A DNA stretch of 45,828 bases, filler included, from Catajapyx aquilonaris (GCA_000934665.2; 2 parts of 2 records of this genome joined end to end with filler, not necessarily neighbours in it); one strand, 5' to 3'. Counted from the whole stretch's first letter, positions 11,373 to 23,470 are shown. Program-made: numbers and translations. The notes: generated by a model from the letters alone, not told the origin.

Positions 11373-12398
11373 ATGACTACTAACCAGCAACTCACCATGA
11401 CAGCAGATGTGAAGCCATTTTGTTTTAAATGGACCATTGACAACTACGAGCGGCAAGGAAAGTTTGATCATCTTATTGAATCTGATCGTTTCACCATCAA
11501 TGGATTGGAGTCAGCAGAATGGGAGCTGCAGATTTATCCCAGTGGCGAGACATATGATGATGATGATCACATCTCTCTTTACCTTCATTGCAGTTCTAAT
11601 ACAGATGAATCCAAATTGTTGCATACCACATTTTGCCTCACTATTAAGAGTTCCAATTACAAAATGGACTACACTGATGATCGTTATACTGAAGAGTTCT
11701 GCACATTTTCCAGTGAAAAAGGGATTTATGGGAATTCTAAATTCATTGAAATCAAAGTCTTGGAAGAGAGAGCTTCCGACCTTCTTCCAAATGGTACGCT
11801 GACTTTGATTTGCGAGGGAAAGGTCATGTTGGATATGAAATGTCAAACGACACCTGAAGTTCCTGTTGGCCCTGGACTGCTGGAGGATACGAAGTGCATG
11901 CTGGAGTCCCATGTTGGCAGGGATGTAACTCTGGTGGGAGGTGACGGATCAGAACTTCCAGTGCACAAGTTCATTCTGTGTGCCAGAAGCCCTGTGTTTG
12001 CAGCCATGTTTGTTCACGATACAGAGGAGAAGAAGACAGGAAGGGTTGTCATCAAGGACATACAGCCAGATGTCCTGAGAGGCCTCATTAGTTTCATGTA
12101 CACTGATGAAGCCCCGGCAGATGTGAAGGAGCTGGCCGTGGATCTGCTGGTTGCATCTCATAAGTATCAGATCCCACGTCTTCTGGACCTAATGGGGAAG
12201 CATGTTAGTAACATTTTGACTGTTGAAAGTGTACTGAACATTTTGAGTCGTGCCATTTTGCTTGACTTACCAAAACTAAAGGCTGCATGCTTGCAGTTCA
12301 TCCAGAGCAATTCAGAGGAGGTGAGAGAGAGTCGGTGTTTGAACGAATGTGCTGATAATGATGTCTTGAAGGTCCTTTTGAAATTTTGGATGAAATAG
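11373..12398 (+). CDS. MATH-BTB protein, speckle-type POZ (SPOP/roadkill)-like, copy 1, 341 aa, CDS in one exon
   Basis: MATH domain (FKWTIDNY, WELQIYPSG, HISLYLHC, LLPNGTLTLICE), then BTB (DVTL, PVHKFILCARSPVFAAMF, VVIKDIQPDVLRGLISFMYTD, LLVASHKYQI) and a BACK-like tail. Confidence 0.93.
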   Translation: MTTNQQLTMTADVKPFCFKWTIDNYERQGKFDHLIESDRFTINGLESAEWELQIYPSGETYDDDDHISLYLHCSSNTDESKLLHTTFCLTIKSSNYKMDYTDDRYTEEFCTFSSEKGIYGNSKFIEIKVLEERASDLLPNGTLTLICEGKVMLDMKCQTTPEVPVGPGLLEDTKCMLESHVGRDVTLVGGDGSELPVHKFILCARSPVFAAMFVHDTEEKKTGRVVIKDIQPDVLRGLISFMYTDEAPADVKELAVDLLVASHKYQIPRLLDLMGKHVSNILTVESVLNILSRAILLDLPKLKAACLQFIQSNSEEVRESRCLNECADNDVLKVLLKFWMK

Positions 12399-13075
12399 TA
12401 CTATACATTGGATATATTGAGACTTGTGTAATAGGAACTGTATCAATGGTTAATCAGAGTTGTTCATGTTAGGAGTGGTCATCAAATGTTAAGTGACCCC
12501 CCCACCATTCACATCTTTGCTAATATATAACGTAAAATTTGTGTATGTGTTATGGCTATTTAACTCCCTTCTAGACTGCATAAATTGGTGAAAATCGCTT
12601 TGTTGATGGCTGAGGCAGGGTTACTTCCACAAGAATTGCCAAAATCCAAAATATTTTCTTAGATCACCATTTTTATTGCCAGTTATCACTAAAATCAGCA
12701 GCGGTATACAGAAATACTGTTTCTAATCTAGTTACAGAAACCTACCCTACCCTGCAGCTGACCACACCTGCCATTCACGACTCTGATGCCATTTCCGCTC
12801 TTATGTCATCATCTAATTTCTAAGTTATTTTTCTTTCCTTTGTAATGTGGTAATGGTTTGGCCAATGAATTTTTGAACGTAATTATACTGTGTGGTTGAG
12901 AATCTAGATTGATGAAAATCTTGCAGATACTAATTTCGAAAGGCCAAGTTGGAGAAATTAGCTCAATTAGCATTCTTCAAATGTTATTAGCCTACACAAC
13001 AATACAGGTCAGACTGGACCGTTCATTCGTCCCATTCCCTCTCTCCAGATTTCCCAGCAGCAATGGAGGGATGTA

Positions 13076-13286
13076 CCCCCGAGAGCATAATGACGTAGAC
13101 GGCAGGCCCTTTTTTGAGATTTTTTTATCCGACTCAAATTAATGAACTCTTTTTGGACCGAATTTTCTGCTTCAAGCATGTGTTCGTGTATTTATGACAG
13201 TATATTTGATACCGTAATAGTTGAGATTGGCAGAGCAGACTGCCGAAGGTGAGGGCCTGCCGTCTCCATCTTTATGCTCGCGGGTG
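13076..13286. mobile_element. MITE with TA flanks
   Basis: CCCCCGAGAGCATAATGACGTAGACGGCAGGCCCT versus AGGGCCTGCCGTCTCCATCTTTATGCTCGCGGGTG, with TA on both sides. Confidence 0.65.
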
Positions 13287-14835
13287 TACCTATAATATTG
13301 TCGTTGTCATATTTTGATGTCACTTGTATTTTTCTCCCTTTGTAAAAAAACTGGCCCACTTGGTTCTGTATGATCCAGACCTGTATTTATGTTGGAATTT
13401 TTTACTCGCAAATATGTTCAGTATTCAATCAATATTTTAATAGGAACTTGATCAAGTTGTTTGGAAAAATGCTTTTTAAAAATATTTCTTTTGGACAGTG
13501 CTTGACACATGAGATTAAGCAATTTGAATTAGTGCTCACTATACCCAACCATTGTCTGTTGGGGTGGGAAATTACCACCAAATGTACACTCCAGACACAT
13601 AATAAAGTTATTGAACTGATTCAAAATTCAGTGAGACATGTTTGTCAGCCATAAACACCTTACAAATTACTTAGCAGCAAAGCAAGTACTGTGGTAGCAA
13701 GGCAGGTAAAAGATGGTAAGGGATGTCGTCGCCTAACATTGATGATACTTGCCAATGAGTTACACCATTTGAAAACTAATTTTAATTGGCTTCAAATGAT
13801 ACAAGTAGACTAACAACATGCCTTTGAATGCGAGGCGTACGTCCCCAAAATTTCATTCCGAATCGAATGCGTTCACATCTGAGCCACCCTGTAGAAGGCG
13901 CATTGGTATCCACGCCTCACTGGTTCATCCCGGTCCGTTCCTCCCATCTCATTCCTTATCTCCAGCGTCCCCAACGGTGATTCTATTAGCACCGTTGCCA
14001 ATCCCGCGTGGCCCAGAGAAGCAGCGTGATTTAATCTCATTTACATGAGATAAATAATGCCTGATTGTGCTAATTAAAATAGCATGTAATTGTGAGCCAT
14101 CCAATGGGAATATTTTGTGCGGTCCGCCGGGGCGGGGAATCCCTCTAACGGTATATATATTATTTTCATGAGGGTTGCTCAAGGCCAGAAGCAGGCATGG
14201 CGTCCGACTGAAGAGGACAACTAGACTTGAGAAAACAAATCGACTGGCCACGAAACATCATAGTTTGAGTAAGTGTTTTGGGTAAGTGGAGAGAGAAAAA
14301 TATCAGAGAATGATGATGAACACAACTCTGCACAAATATGACCCGCTCTGTACCCACTCTGCACCGACCGCGGCAGTTACCTACAGTGTCCTAACATCTT
14401 TATCAGTCCATGTGGACCTATTTCATGTTATACAGTGTGAAGGGAAACTCGCGGACAATCGCCAGGTAGACTGATAGTACTTGTAAAACTAATATAGGGA
14501 TGTGCAATTAGTTTTGGGCTCCGTTGCGCAGTTAATGCGTGCAGCGCTGTCAAAGTTTCGTAACGTGATATCCATTCCGCCAGCTTCAAGAAAGCAAAAG
14601 TCAGCTTGAGGGCCTGCGGTCCTTTGCCTTGGTCCCCTATCATTCGTCCATGTGCAATAGGCAATCAAATCCCATGAGAGTAAGAATCTGGGTACGGCAT
14701 GTTTGCACTTTGTAATTTTAACCTGGTATTTTACCATCCGGCTCTCTACACTTTAAAGGTGCCATACTAGTAATCCTCATGCACTGCAAGTAGCTTATTG
14801 CCACACACTGTAATTGAAAACAATATACTGTGTGG

Positions 14836-15175
14836 CAGAGGTTCCCAAACTTTTTGAATCACAGAGCACTTTTCAGGAGAGATATTTGTGACGGAGCACT
14901 AACATCATCAAACTGCGTAAGCAGAATAAAAATCTGGGGCGGAGGGGGGTGGGGGCAGAGCCAAATAAGTAAATGGGAAGGTGAGGGGCGGAAGGGCGCC
15001 GCAGGCGAAATTTTTTTGGGGTTCAAGGTCACACAAGCTACTGAGAGATTTGAATGGATATAGCTGATATAGCTTATTGAAGAATTCCTTTTTTTTCCCC
15101 AACCTCTTCGCGGAGCTCTTGGAGAAGCTTCACGGAGCACCAAGTGCTCCGCGGAACACAGTTTGGGAAACTCTG
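14836..15175. mobile_element. hAT-type MITE with 8-bp TSD
   Basis: TIR CAGAGGTTCCCAAAC / GTTTGGGAAACTCTG. TSD ctgtgtgg/ctgtatgg. The empty site ctgtatgg is at 21748-21755 in the duplicate. Confidence 0.85.
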
Positions 15176-15283
15176 CTGTATGGTATTACGCCTAAATTCA
15201 GAAAATGTGCCATTTCATAGATTTTGATTTCAGGTGAACATGAAGTTCGTAAAGGATAATGTAAGTGAAAAACCTCACTTATA

Positions 15284-15887
15284 CAGGGTGTATCAGAGTC
15301 ACGGGTCAAGCGCGTGCTAGGGGGTGGGGAAAAATTGTTGATGACGACAACCCGGTCGGTTTTATAAAACAATTAACTTAGAAATATGCCAGTAATCAAT
15401 TTATTTATTACGTCCATATGGCGTGACGTCACGTCCTTTCTGTTCGAATTGAGTCTGGCTCGCACGGCCAATGCAAGGTAAGAGTGCAGTGGTTTGAAGC
15501 TGATTGACGGGTTTTTAGCCTTGCGGGTTGCACTGAAAAAGGCGCTCTCATGCTACACCGGCAGAGTACTGAACACACTCCTGTACAGTAGTACACTACT
15601 TTGTACAGTACCCTACCGGTGTAGCATGAGAGCACCTTTTTCAGTGCAACCCGCAAGGCTAAAAACCCGTCAACCAGCTTCAAACCACTGCACTCTTACC
15701 TTGCATTTGCCGTGCGCGCCAGGCTCAATTCGAATGGAAAGTAGGACGTCATGCTATACGGCCGTAATAAATAAATTGATTACTGCCGTATTTCTAACTG
15801 TTTTATAAAACTGACCAGGGTTGTCGCCACCTACGATTTTTCCCCACCCCCTCGCGTGCGCTTGACCCGTGACTCTGATACACCCTG
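15284..15887. mobile_element. Foldback Tc1/mariner-type MITE (~600-bp palindrome)
   Basis: TA|CAGGGTGTATCAGAGTCACGGGTCAAGCGC ... GCGCTTGACCCGTGACTCTGATACACCCTG|TA. The arms pair almost to the centre (~15590). Confidence 0.88.
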
Positions 15888-16340
15888 TATAGACCGGCAT
15901 GCCGGTATAGCCACCAGATCATGCATTTTACAAATTGGTCGACCTCGACTACACTGGCATGCCGCTTTAAGTGAGGTAATATGGTAATGTCATGCCACTG
16001 CAGGTAGTGGCTGAACTTAAGTTAAATGGAATTAAGTCGGACAGGATAGTAATGAAGTCAGGGAAATAAATTTCAACTTACAAGTTTTAATGATCGTTCT
16101 AAACACCGTGAAAGCACCGAACAGTAGTGCTAAGTAGTTTCCGTTGCAATTCTATTTCACAGTGACATAAACAACCCTTGTGTCTCCCTCCAAAATTTAC
16201 ACTTGCTACCGGAAAATTTTTTATACAAGTCTTTCGACTTACCTCTGGGTGACTGCTGAATTCATGATGGCAAAAGTCCTGCACCGGACTCCAGCTCACT
16301 GACTACTGACCACTATGGCCCCAATGTTTCTGCTTTTATA

Positions 16341-16902
16341 CAGGGTGTTTATTGTAACTCTGCAAAGACTTTCAGGGGTAATAGAGGGGACCAAGACAAG
16401 TATTTTTGACATAGGAATCTGTGTCCGGAAACGCCATCTAGAGGGGGTTCATAGACGAGGAACGGGTGCGCTCAGACGCTTCATGCGGGAGGCGCTAGGT
16501 GAGGGGACTGTTTTGTTGATAGATAGCGCTCGGATAGTAAACGCCAATGTGATGTTCCATAACCTGGCAACAGCAGAGCCATCTAGCAACTAAAGTCCGC
16601 CTCCTAGGAGACGCGCGGATAGTCAACAGAGGTTCTGTTGTTGCCAGGTTATGGCGTATTGCGTTGTTGTTTACTTACAACGACGCGATACGCCATAACC
16701 TGGCAACAACTGCGCGCCACCTATCAACAAAACAGTCCGCTCTCCTAGCGCCTCTCGCCTGACGCGTCTGAGCGCACCCGTTCCTTGTCTATGTACCCCC
16801 TCTAGATGGCGTTTCCGGACACGGGTTCCTATGTCAAAAATACTTGTATTGGTTCCCTCTATTACCCCTGAAAGTCTTCGCAGAGTTACAATAAACACCC
16901 TG
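16341..16902. mobile_element. Foldback Tc1/mariner-type MITE, second family
   Basis: TA|CAGGGTGTTTATTGTAACTCTGC ... GCAGAGTTACAATAAACACCCTG|TA. Relatives start at 33949 and 45603. Confidence 0.88.
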
Positions 16903-17107
16903 TATATATTTTTTTATTAACGTGACATAAAGCTTTATAATGAGTTCCATGTAATTTGGTTAGAACTAGGGCTACTTGGGGCTGGTATTAATCCGCAAAT
17001 CTTTCAATGACTGTACTGACTTGAGTTAATTGTATTTGTGGTTAAGAATACGGCCTGACTTTCAGCATGCGGTTGTAAGTTACCTGTACTGCTCAGAAGC
17101 CGATTAA

Positions 17108-17990
17108 CCCATTCGCTACCTGTTAGGCCGAAAATGCCTAGATTTTAGCTTATGCGTACTCTAAAGATACGGGCAAGATATTTTACAAATAATAACACCA
17201 ATACTTACCTGTTTAGAGTAAACACTATGAATGTGCTTGGAACAATTTTCCTCGTGTAGAAGTCCCAAAAGTTAATTTTCAAAGAGATGGCTGTAAAAAG
17301 TCGCAATTCAAGTACTACCGTCCAACTGTTAGGCCAATGTCTAGATTTTTGCTTACACGTACTCTGAAGATAAAAGCAAGATATTTTACAACTAATAACA
17401 GTTACACTTACACATTCATGCTCTTCACTATGAATATGTTTGGAGCCATTCTCCTCATCTAGTCTAGAAGTCCCTAAATGAATTTCCCAAGATGTTGCTG
17501 TAAAAACTCGAAATTCAAGTACTACCAGCCAACTGTTAGGCTGATTTAATTACGAAATACATGAAAACATATGACACATTTACCTTGAGAACCTTGCCAG
17601 ACATATTTGCTGAAATTGTTGTACTTGGCAAGAAATAAATGAAGTTGGGAGCTATCCAAAGTGGCCGTTGCTTCAGGCCGACCACATTAAATAAAGCTTA
17701 TGATGATGATGAGTATGTCACCAAAAGTGCCAGCAAGCTGCAGATAAGTATTGATATAATTCTCGCAAAGTACAATGATTTCAGCAAATTCCTCGGGCAT
17801 GGTTCTCCGATTGTTTTAATGTACTTCGTAATTAAATCAACCTAACAGTTGGTCGGTAGTACTTTAATTTTGCGTTTTGACAGCGACATTTTTGAAAATT
17901 TATTCAGGAACTTCTATATGAGGAAAATTGTCTCCAACACATCCAGAGTGTCCCTGAATGGTAAGTATAGCTGTTGTTACGTGTAAAATA
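17108..17990. repeat. Degenerate element with ~200-bp internal direct repeats and an inverted copy
   Basis: Begins TTAA|CCC. 17120-17325 is repeated at 17326-17540, and 17531-17563 is inverted at 17819-17852. Confidence 0.5.
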
Positions 17991-18452
17991 AGGGATCAAA
18001 TCCCGCCTGGGGACACCCCCTTCATCTCGTGCAGAGTTTAGGGCCATCTCTGACTTCGTCTCGGGTGGTATTTCCGATGGACTAAACCACCCAGGAGAGC
18101 TCACAAAATGACCACATATGTCATTGCACTGCACTTGCATATCCCCTCTTGTCATCCTCCATATCTCTCGCAGTACCCGGGCGTTAGAGAAAATAATATA
18201 TTGTAGGATTTGCAAAAAAAAAACCTTTGAAAGACGGTGACAATTGAATTCAAATATCTCCATGTGGGGCTGGATAGATTTTTTGGATGTATTTGCACGA
18301 GAAAATTTTTATACTTTGGAATGAACCAGGATTGTGCGTCATTTTATGTTTTCCATCAAAATTGGTTTTTGTCCTTGAAAATTGTGCTGGTGAAAACAGG
18401 TCATTAGAAAGTAATTTTTGTTCTTGATTTTCACAGTTGTTTGGGGCAAAAA

Positions 18453-19478
18453 ATGACTACCCAACAGAAATTCACCCTGACAGCAGATGTGAAGCCATTT
18501 TGCTTCGAATGGACCATTCACAACTACAAGCCCCATGGAATGGTTGAAGGAGTAATAAGATCTGATCCGTTCACCATCAGTGGATTGGACTCAACACATT
18601 GGCAGCTGGACCTTTATCCCAGTGGCAAGAGAAAATCTAGTAATGGTCATGTATCTCTCTACCTTTCTTGCTCTCATAATTCAGATGCCGATTGCTTGCA
18701 ATTCCCTACCACATTTTCTTTCACCATTAAGAGTGCCAATGACAAAAAGGACTACACTGCGAATAATAACCAGATTCGTACATTCTGCCACCACAGTTCA
18801 GGTTGGGGCATTGCTCAATTTATTAAAATAAAAGTCTTGAAAGAGAGAGCATCTGACCTTCTTCCAAATAATGTTCTGACTTTGATTTGCAAGGGAGAGG
18901 TCATGTTGGGTATGGATTGTGAAAAGACAGATCCTGAAGTTCCTGATGGACCTGGATTGCTTGAGGATGCGAAGTGCATGCTGGAGTCCCAGGTTGGCAG
19001 GGATGTGACTCTGGTGCCAAGCGACGGATCAGAACTTCCAGTGCACAAGTTCATTCTGTGTGCCCGAAGCCCTGTGTTTGCAGCCATGTTTGATCACGAC
19101 ACAGAGGAGAAGAAGACGGGCAGGGTTGTCATCAAGGACATGCAGCCAGATGTCCTGAGAGGCCTCATTAGTTTCATGTACACTGATGAAGCCCCTGCAG
19201 ATGAGAAGGAGCTGGCCGTGGATCTGTTGATGGCATCTCATAAGTATGAGATCCCAAGGCTTCTGGACCTAATGGTGAAGCGTGTAATCACCACTTTGAC
19301 TGTTAAAAATGTACTTAATATTTTGAGTCGCGCCATCTTGCTTGACTTGCCAAAACTTAAGGATGCATGCTTGCAGTTCATCCAGACCAATTCAGAGGAG
19401 GTGAGAGCCAGCCAGCCCTGGAAGAAATGTGCTGATGTTGATGTCTTTAGGGTCGTTTCAGAATTTTGTTTGAAATAA
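18453..19478 (+). CDS. MATH-BTB protein, SPOP-like, copy 2, 341 aa, CDS in one exon
   Basis: Paralog of 11373-12398 with the start codon 7080 bp downstream. The acceptor tttcacag ends at 18436. The ATG is at 18453 (the track's start at 18441 is a TTG). Confidence 0.93.
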   Translation: MTTQQKFTLTADVKPFCFEWTIHNYKPHGMVEGVIRSDPFTISGLDSTHWQLDLYPSGKRKSSNGHVSLYLSCSHNSDADCLQFPTTFSFTIKSANDKKDYTANNNQIRTFCHHSSGWGIAQFIKIKVLKERASDLLPNNVLTLICKGEVMLGMDCEKTDPEVPDGPGLLEDAKCMLESQVGRDVTLVPSDGSELPVHKFILCARSPVFAAMFDHDTEEKKTGRVVIKDMQPDVLRGLISFMYTDEAPADEKELAVDLLMASHKYEIPRLLDLMVKRVITTLTVKNVLNILSRAILLDLPKLKDACLQFIQTNSEEVRASQPWKKCADVDVFRVVSEFCLK

Positions 19479-19521
19479 TGTACACTGGGATAGCTGTTGA
19501 TCAGGCTCTGACAAATGGTTG

Positions 19522-20048
19522 CCATATTACCTCACATAAAGCGGCATGCCAGTGTAGCCTAGTCGACCAGTTTTTAGAAATTCAAGATCCTGTGGCTGTA
19601 CCAACATGCCGGTATAAGGCGAGGTTTTCACATAAGTTACATTATTCCTTCCGAACTTGACATTTGCCTTTACGTGAATTTAGGTGCGGCGCATTTTCCG
19701 AATAGGGTACCCATACCATATATTGTTTTCAGTTGCAGTGTCTGGCAATAATCTCTATTTGAACAGTATGTTGGAGCAGGGGGTTCCCCTGTCAAAGCAA
19801 GCTGACGATGGGATTGGTCATACATGCTGCATTTTTTATATGCTGTGTGCAAGATAACTTGCCAGTACACTAGCCCATTTGCATTGTAACATTATTTTAG
19901 TATGGTACCGGAAGCTTTCCAAAGAATTTCACAAGGATCAAAATTACGGAAATCTACCTCGGTTATTGCAGCATGCCAGCCACCCCCAGGTATACCGTCA
20001 TATGCTGATCGACCTCGTTTTATACCGGCTTTATGTGAGGTAATATGG
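19522..20048. mobile_element. MITE just 3' of MATH-BTB copy 2
   Basis: TIR CCATATTACCTCACATAAAGC / GCTTTATGTGAGGTAATATGG. Reverse-oriented, interrupted relatives lie at ~14775-15983 and ~21700-22545. Confidence 0.75.
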
Positions 20049-20806
20049 CATCAATAATGAAAATTTAAAACAGTGAGCCTATTTTGTGTGTGTAACAATC
20101 AAGGTGAAAATCACAGCATCAATGTGAGGGTCATGCAAGCCATATATAATTTTTTCGTTATTTTTTTCCTTCCATTTAAATATGATAAAATGATTGAGGT
20201 TTTACTGTTTTTGATCATTACTTGACTGTGTGCCTCACAGTCACAAGATGATTCTCGATTGATGTACACTGATAGGCGCCTATTCCATGCTGCACAGCTT
20301 TACTGCTTAATGTGCTGTAAGAGAGAGTGTTGAGTGATGCATATAACTCTTGTTTATGTACTTGTATTAATTTGGTATGTTTTTGGTGAGAATTTTTTTC
20401 TGTCATTTTCTAGACCTGCATTTTAATTGGAATTCAATCCACATGAACTTAACATACACACAGGTTCGGTATTCAGTTATAATTGGAATAGAAAATAGTG
20501 CAAGAGTTGTTTGGACAGCACCTTACACACGAGGTTAAGCCATCCTATTAAGTGTCATCCTTTATGAAACTGTGTATGTATCCAGTTGATTTTTTGTTAC
20601 TGCAAACCATGCTGCAAATGGCTACAGCTCAATAAAACTGTACGGGTACTTTTCCAAAACAATACTTATTTGCCAGTCATGCACAGCCATGCACAAAGAG
20701 ATGAGGTTCATCATCATAGAACTGCCAAGGAGGGAATAAGATGGTAAGGAACATTTTAAGTGCAATGTTTTATCCGATTTCGAATCTGAGAAACACTTGA
20801 ATCTGC

Positions 20807-22545
20807 GCCACCCTGTAGAGGGCGCATTGCCATCCACGCCTCACTTGTTCATCCCGGTCCGTTCCTCCCATCTCATTCCTTATCTCCCGCGTCCCCAACG
20901 GTGATTCTGTTGGCACCGTTGCCAGTACCGCGTGATTTAATCTCATTTACATGAAATAAATAATGCCTGATTGAGTGATTGTGCTAATTAAAATAGCATG
21001 TAATTGTGAGCCATCCAATGGGAATATTTTGTGCGGTCCGCCGGGGCGGGGAATCCCTCTAACGGTATATATTATTTTCATGAGGGTTGCTCAAGGCCAG
21101 AGGCAGGCGGGCATGGCGTCAGACTGAAGAGAACAAAAGAGAAAACAAATCGACTGGCCACGCAACAGCATAGTTTGGGCTTGAGTAAGTGTTTTGGGTA
21201 AGTGGAGAAAAAATCAGAGAATGATGAACACAAGTCTTAGATTTAAAAAATAATAATAATGACCCACTTATATCTGTACCCACTCTGCACCGGCCACGGC
21301 TGTTAGTGTCCTCAAGTGTCCTAAAACATCTTTCTCAGTCCTTGTGACCTATTTCATGTTATACAGTGTGAAGGGAAACTCGTGGTCAATCGCCAGGTAG
21401 ACTGATAGTACTTGTAAAACTAATATAGGGATGTGCAGTTAGTTTTGGTCTCCGTTGCGTAGTTAAGGCTTGCGGCGCTGTAAAAGTTTCGTAACGTGAC
21501 ATCTGTTGCGCCAGCTTCAAGAAAGCAAAAAGTCAGTTCGAGGGCCTCCGGTCCTTTGCCTTGGTCCCCTAACATATCGTCCATGTGCAATAGGCGATCA
21601 AATCCCGTCAGAGTAAGAATCTGGGTACGACATGTGTGCACTTTGTTATTTTACCATCCGGCTCACTACACTTTAAATGTGCCGTACTAGTAATCCTCAT
21701 GCACTGCAAGTAGTTTATTGCCACACACTGTAATTGAAAACAATATACTGTATGGTATTACACCTAAATTCAGAAAATGTGCCATTTCATAGATTTTGAT
21801 TTCAGGTGAACATGAAGTTTGTAAAGAATAATGTAAGTGAAATACCTCACTTATGCAGGGTGTATCAGAGTCACGGGTCAAGCGCGCACTAGGGGGTGGG
21901 GAAAAATCGTAGGTGGCGACAACCCCGGTTGGTTTTATAAAACAATTAGAAATACGGCAGTAATCAATTTATTTATTACGGCCGTATGGCGTGACGTCAC
22001 GTCCTTTCCGTTCGAATTGAGTCTGGCTCGCACGGCAAATGCAAGGTAAGAGTGCAGTGGTGTGAAGCTGATTGACGGGTTTTTAGCCTTGCAGGTTGCA
22101 CTGAAAAAGGCGCTCTCATGCTACACCGGCAGAGTACGGAACACACTCCTGTACAGTAGTACACTACTTTGTACAGTACCCTACCGGTGTAGCATGAGAG
22201 CGCCTTTTTCAGTGCAACCCGCAAGGCTAAAAACCCGTCAACCAGCTTCAAACCACTGCACTCTTACCTTGCATTTGCCGTGCGAGCCAGACTCAATTCG
22301 AACGGAAAGTAGGACGTGACGTCACGCTGTACGGCCGTAATAAATAAATTGATTACTGCCTTATTTCTAATTGTTTTATAAAACCGACCGGGGTTGTCGC
22401 CACCTACGATTTTTCCCCACCCCCTCGCGTGCGCTTGACCCGTGACTCTGATACACCCTGTATAGACCGGCATGCTGGTATAGCCACCAGATCATGCATT
22501 TTAAAAATTGGTCCACCTCGACTACACTGGCATGTCGCTTTAAGG
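20807..22545 (+). repeat. Segmental duplicate B (third MATH-BTB promoter/5'-UTR exon, CDS not in contig)
   Basis: Colinear with 13884-15970, minus the hAT MITE. Donor TGG|GTAAGT at 21198. Confidence 0.85.
21856..22460. mobile_element. Foldback MITE, duplicate of 15284-15887
   Basis: Same TIRs and same flanking sequence as 15284-15887. Confidence 0.88.
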
Positions 22546-22866
22546 TGGAAATGAAGCTAGAGTCACTCAATGAGAATTTTATGAAAAAAACATATGTTAC
22601 GCAGTTTTGTGTCCTCTTATCAATGGCGCAAAGAAAAATACACGTCACCGTGCAAATTAGCGAACTAGAGGGCTCAGAAGTTCGCGATTTAACATGGGCC
22701 CTTATGGCAGAATTTTCAATAGTCCACAAAAAAATGATAAGCAAATGAGAATTTTAAAATGTAATGTGTAATATGTCGGGAATTATATACTGATCGTAAC
22801 CGCAAAAAGAAAAACCTACCTCACCGTGCTCTTTCAATTTGTATTGCGGAAAAACGATCCGAAAAT

Positions 22867-22966
22867 NNNNNNNNNNNNNNNNNNNNNNNNNNNNNNNNNN
22901 NNNNNNNNNNTTAATTAATTAANNNNNNNNNNNNNNNNNNNNNNNNNNNNNNNNNNNNNNNNNNNN
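22867..22966. other. Artificial contig-joining linker / assembly gap
   Basis: 44 N + TTAATTAATTAA + 44 N = 100 nt. The 12-mer gives stops in all six frames. Confidence 0.95.
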
Positions 22967-23231
22967 GGGGGAAACGTTCGTCTGAGCAGTCTCTGCCTGA
23001 GCCAACTCTATCCGCACTCCTCTTTTTACACATACTAATATGCTATAACCGAAACAGGTAATCATCACAGATAGTGGCAAACTTTGCCTTATTGTAACTT
23101 ATCAGGCCTATTTTAAGGCATATCGAGTTTCGAGTGTATGGAACACAAATATTACAGATTTCCTATAATATACGTACCCCTATCTTTACCAGCACTCCAA
23201 CATATCCGGGCAACACCGGGTAACCTGCTAG
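22967..23231 (+). mobile_element. Possible Helitron 3' end
   Basis: Short GC hairpin CCGGGCAACACCGGG (23206-23220), followed after a few bases by CTAG|T at 23228-23232. Confidence 0.45.
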
Positions 23232-23470
23232 TCTGTATTAATAGAGCAGGCACCTAGAGCTGTAATTAAATTAATAACAAATTTCAAGCAAAAGAAAAGT
23301 GTCACACAAGATTTTCAGTCCATGAAGGAGAACATACCATACTGACAAGAGAGGAAACCCTGCACGACCTTTCCACTGTACAGAACGGTACTTACTAATG
23401 CCACATTATTACCTCATCCCTCCATTACTTCTGTGCTTGATAAAAATAGGCTTTTAAATATTCCTTCACA

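Larger units (their letters stand above)
13884..15970 (+). repeat. Segmental duplicate A (promoter, 5'-UTR exon and intron start of MATH-BTB copy 2)
   Basis: Colinear high similarity with 20807-22545, including the same nested foldback. Donor at 14282. Confidence 0.85.

Noticed and set aside
15429..15808. Similar ORFs on opposite strands (also 21997-22319, 16315-16898, 30972-31863, 35608-36692)
   Set aside because: Mirror translations of the two arms of foldback MITEs, with no recognisable protein motifs.
22911..22922. TTAATTAATTAA as a biological motif
   Set aside because: Centred within Ns, so it is an artificial linker.
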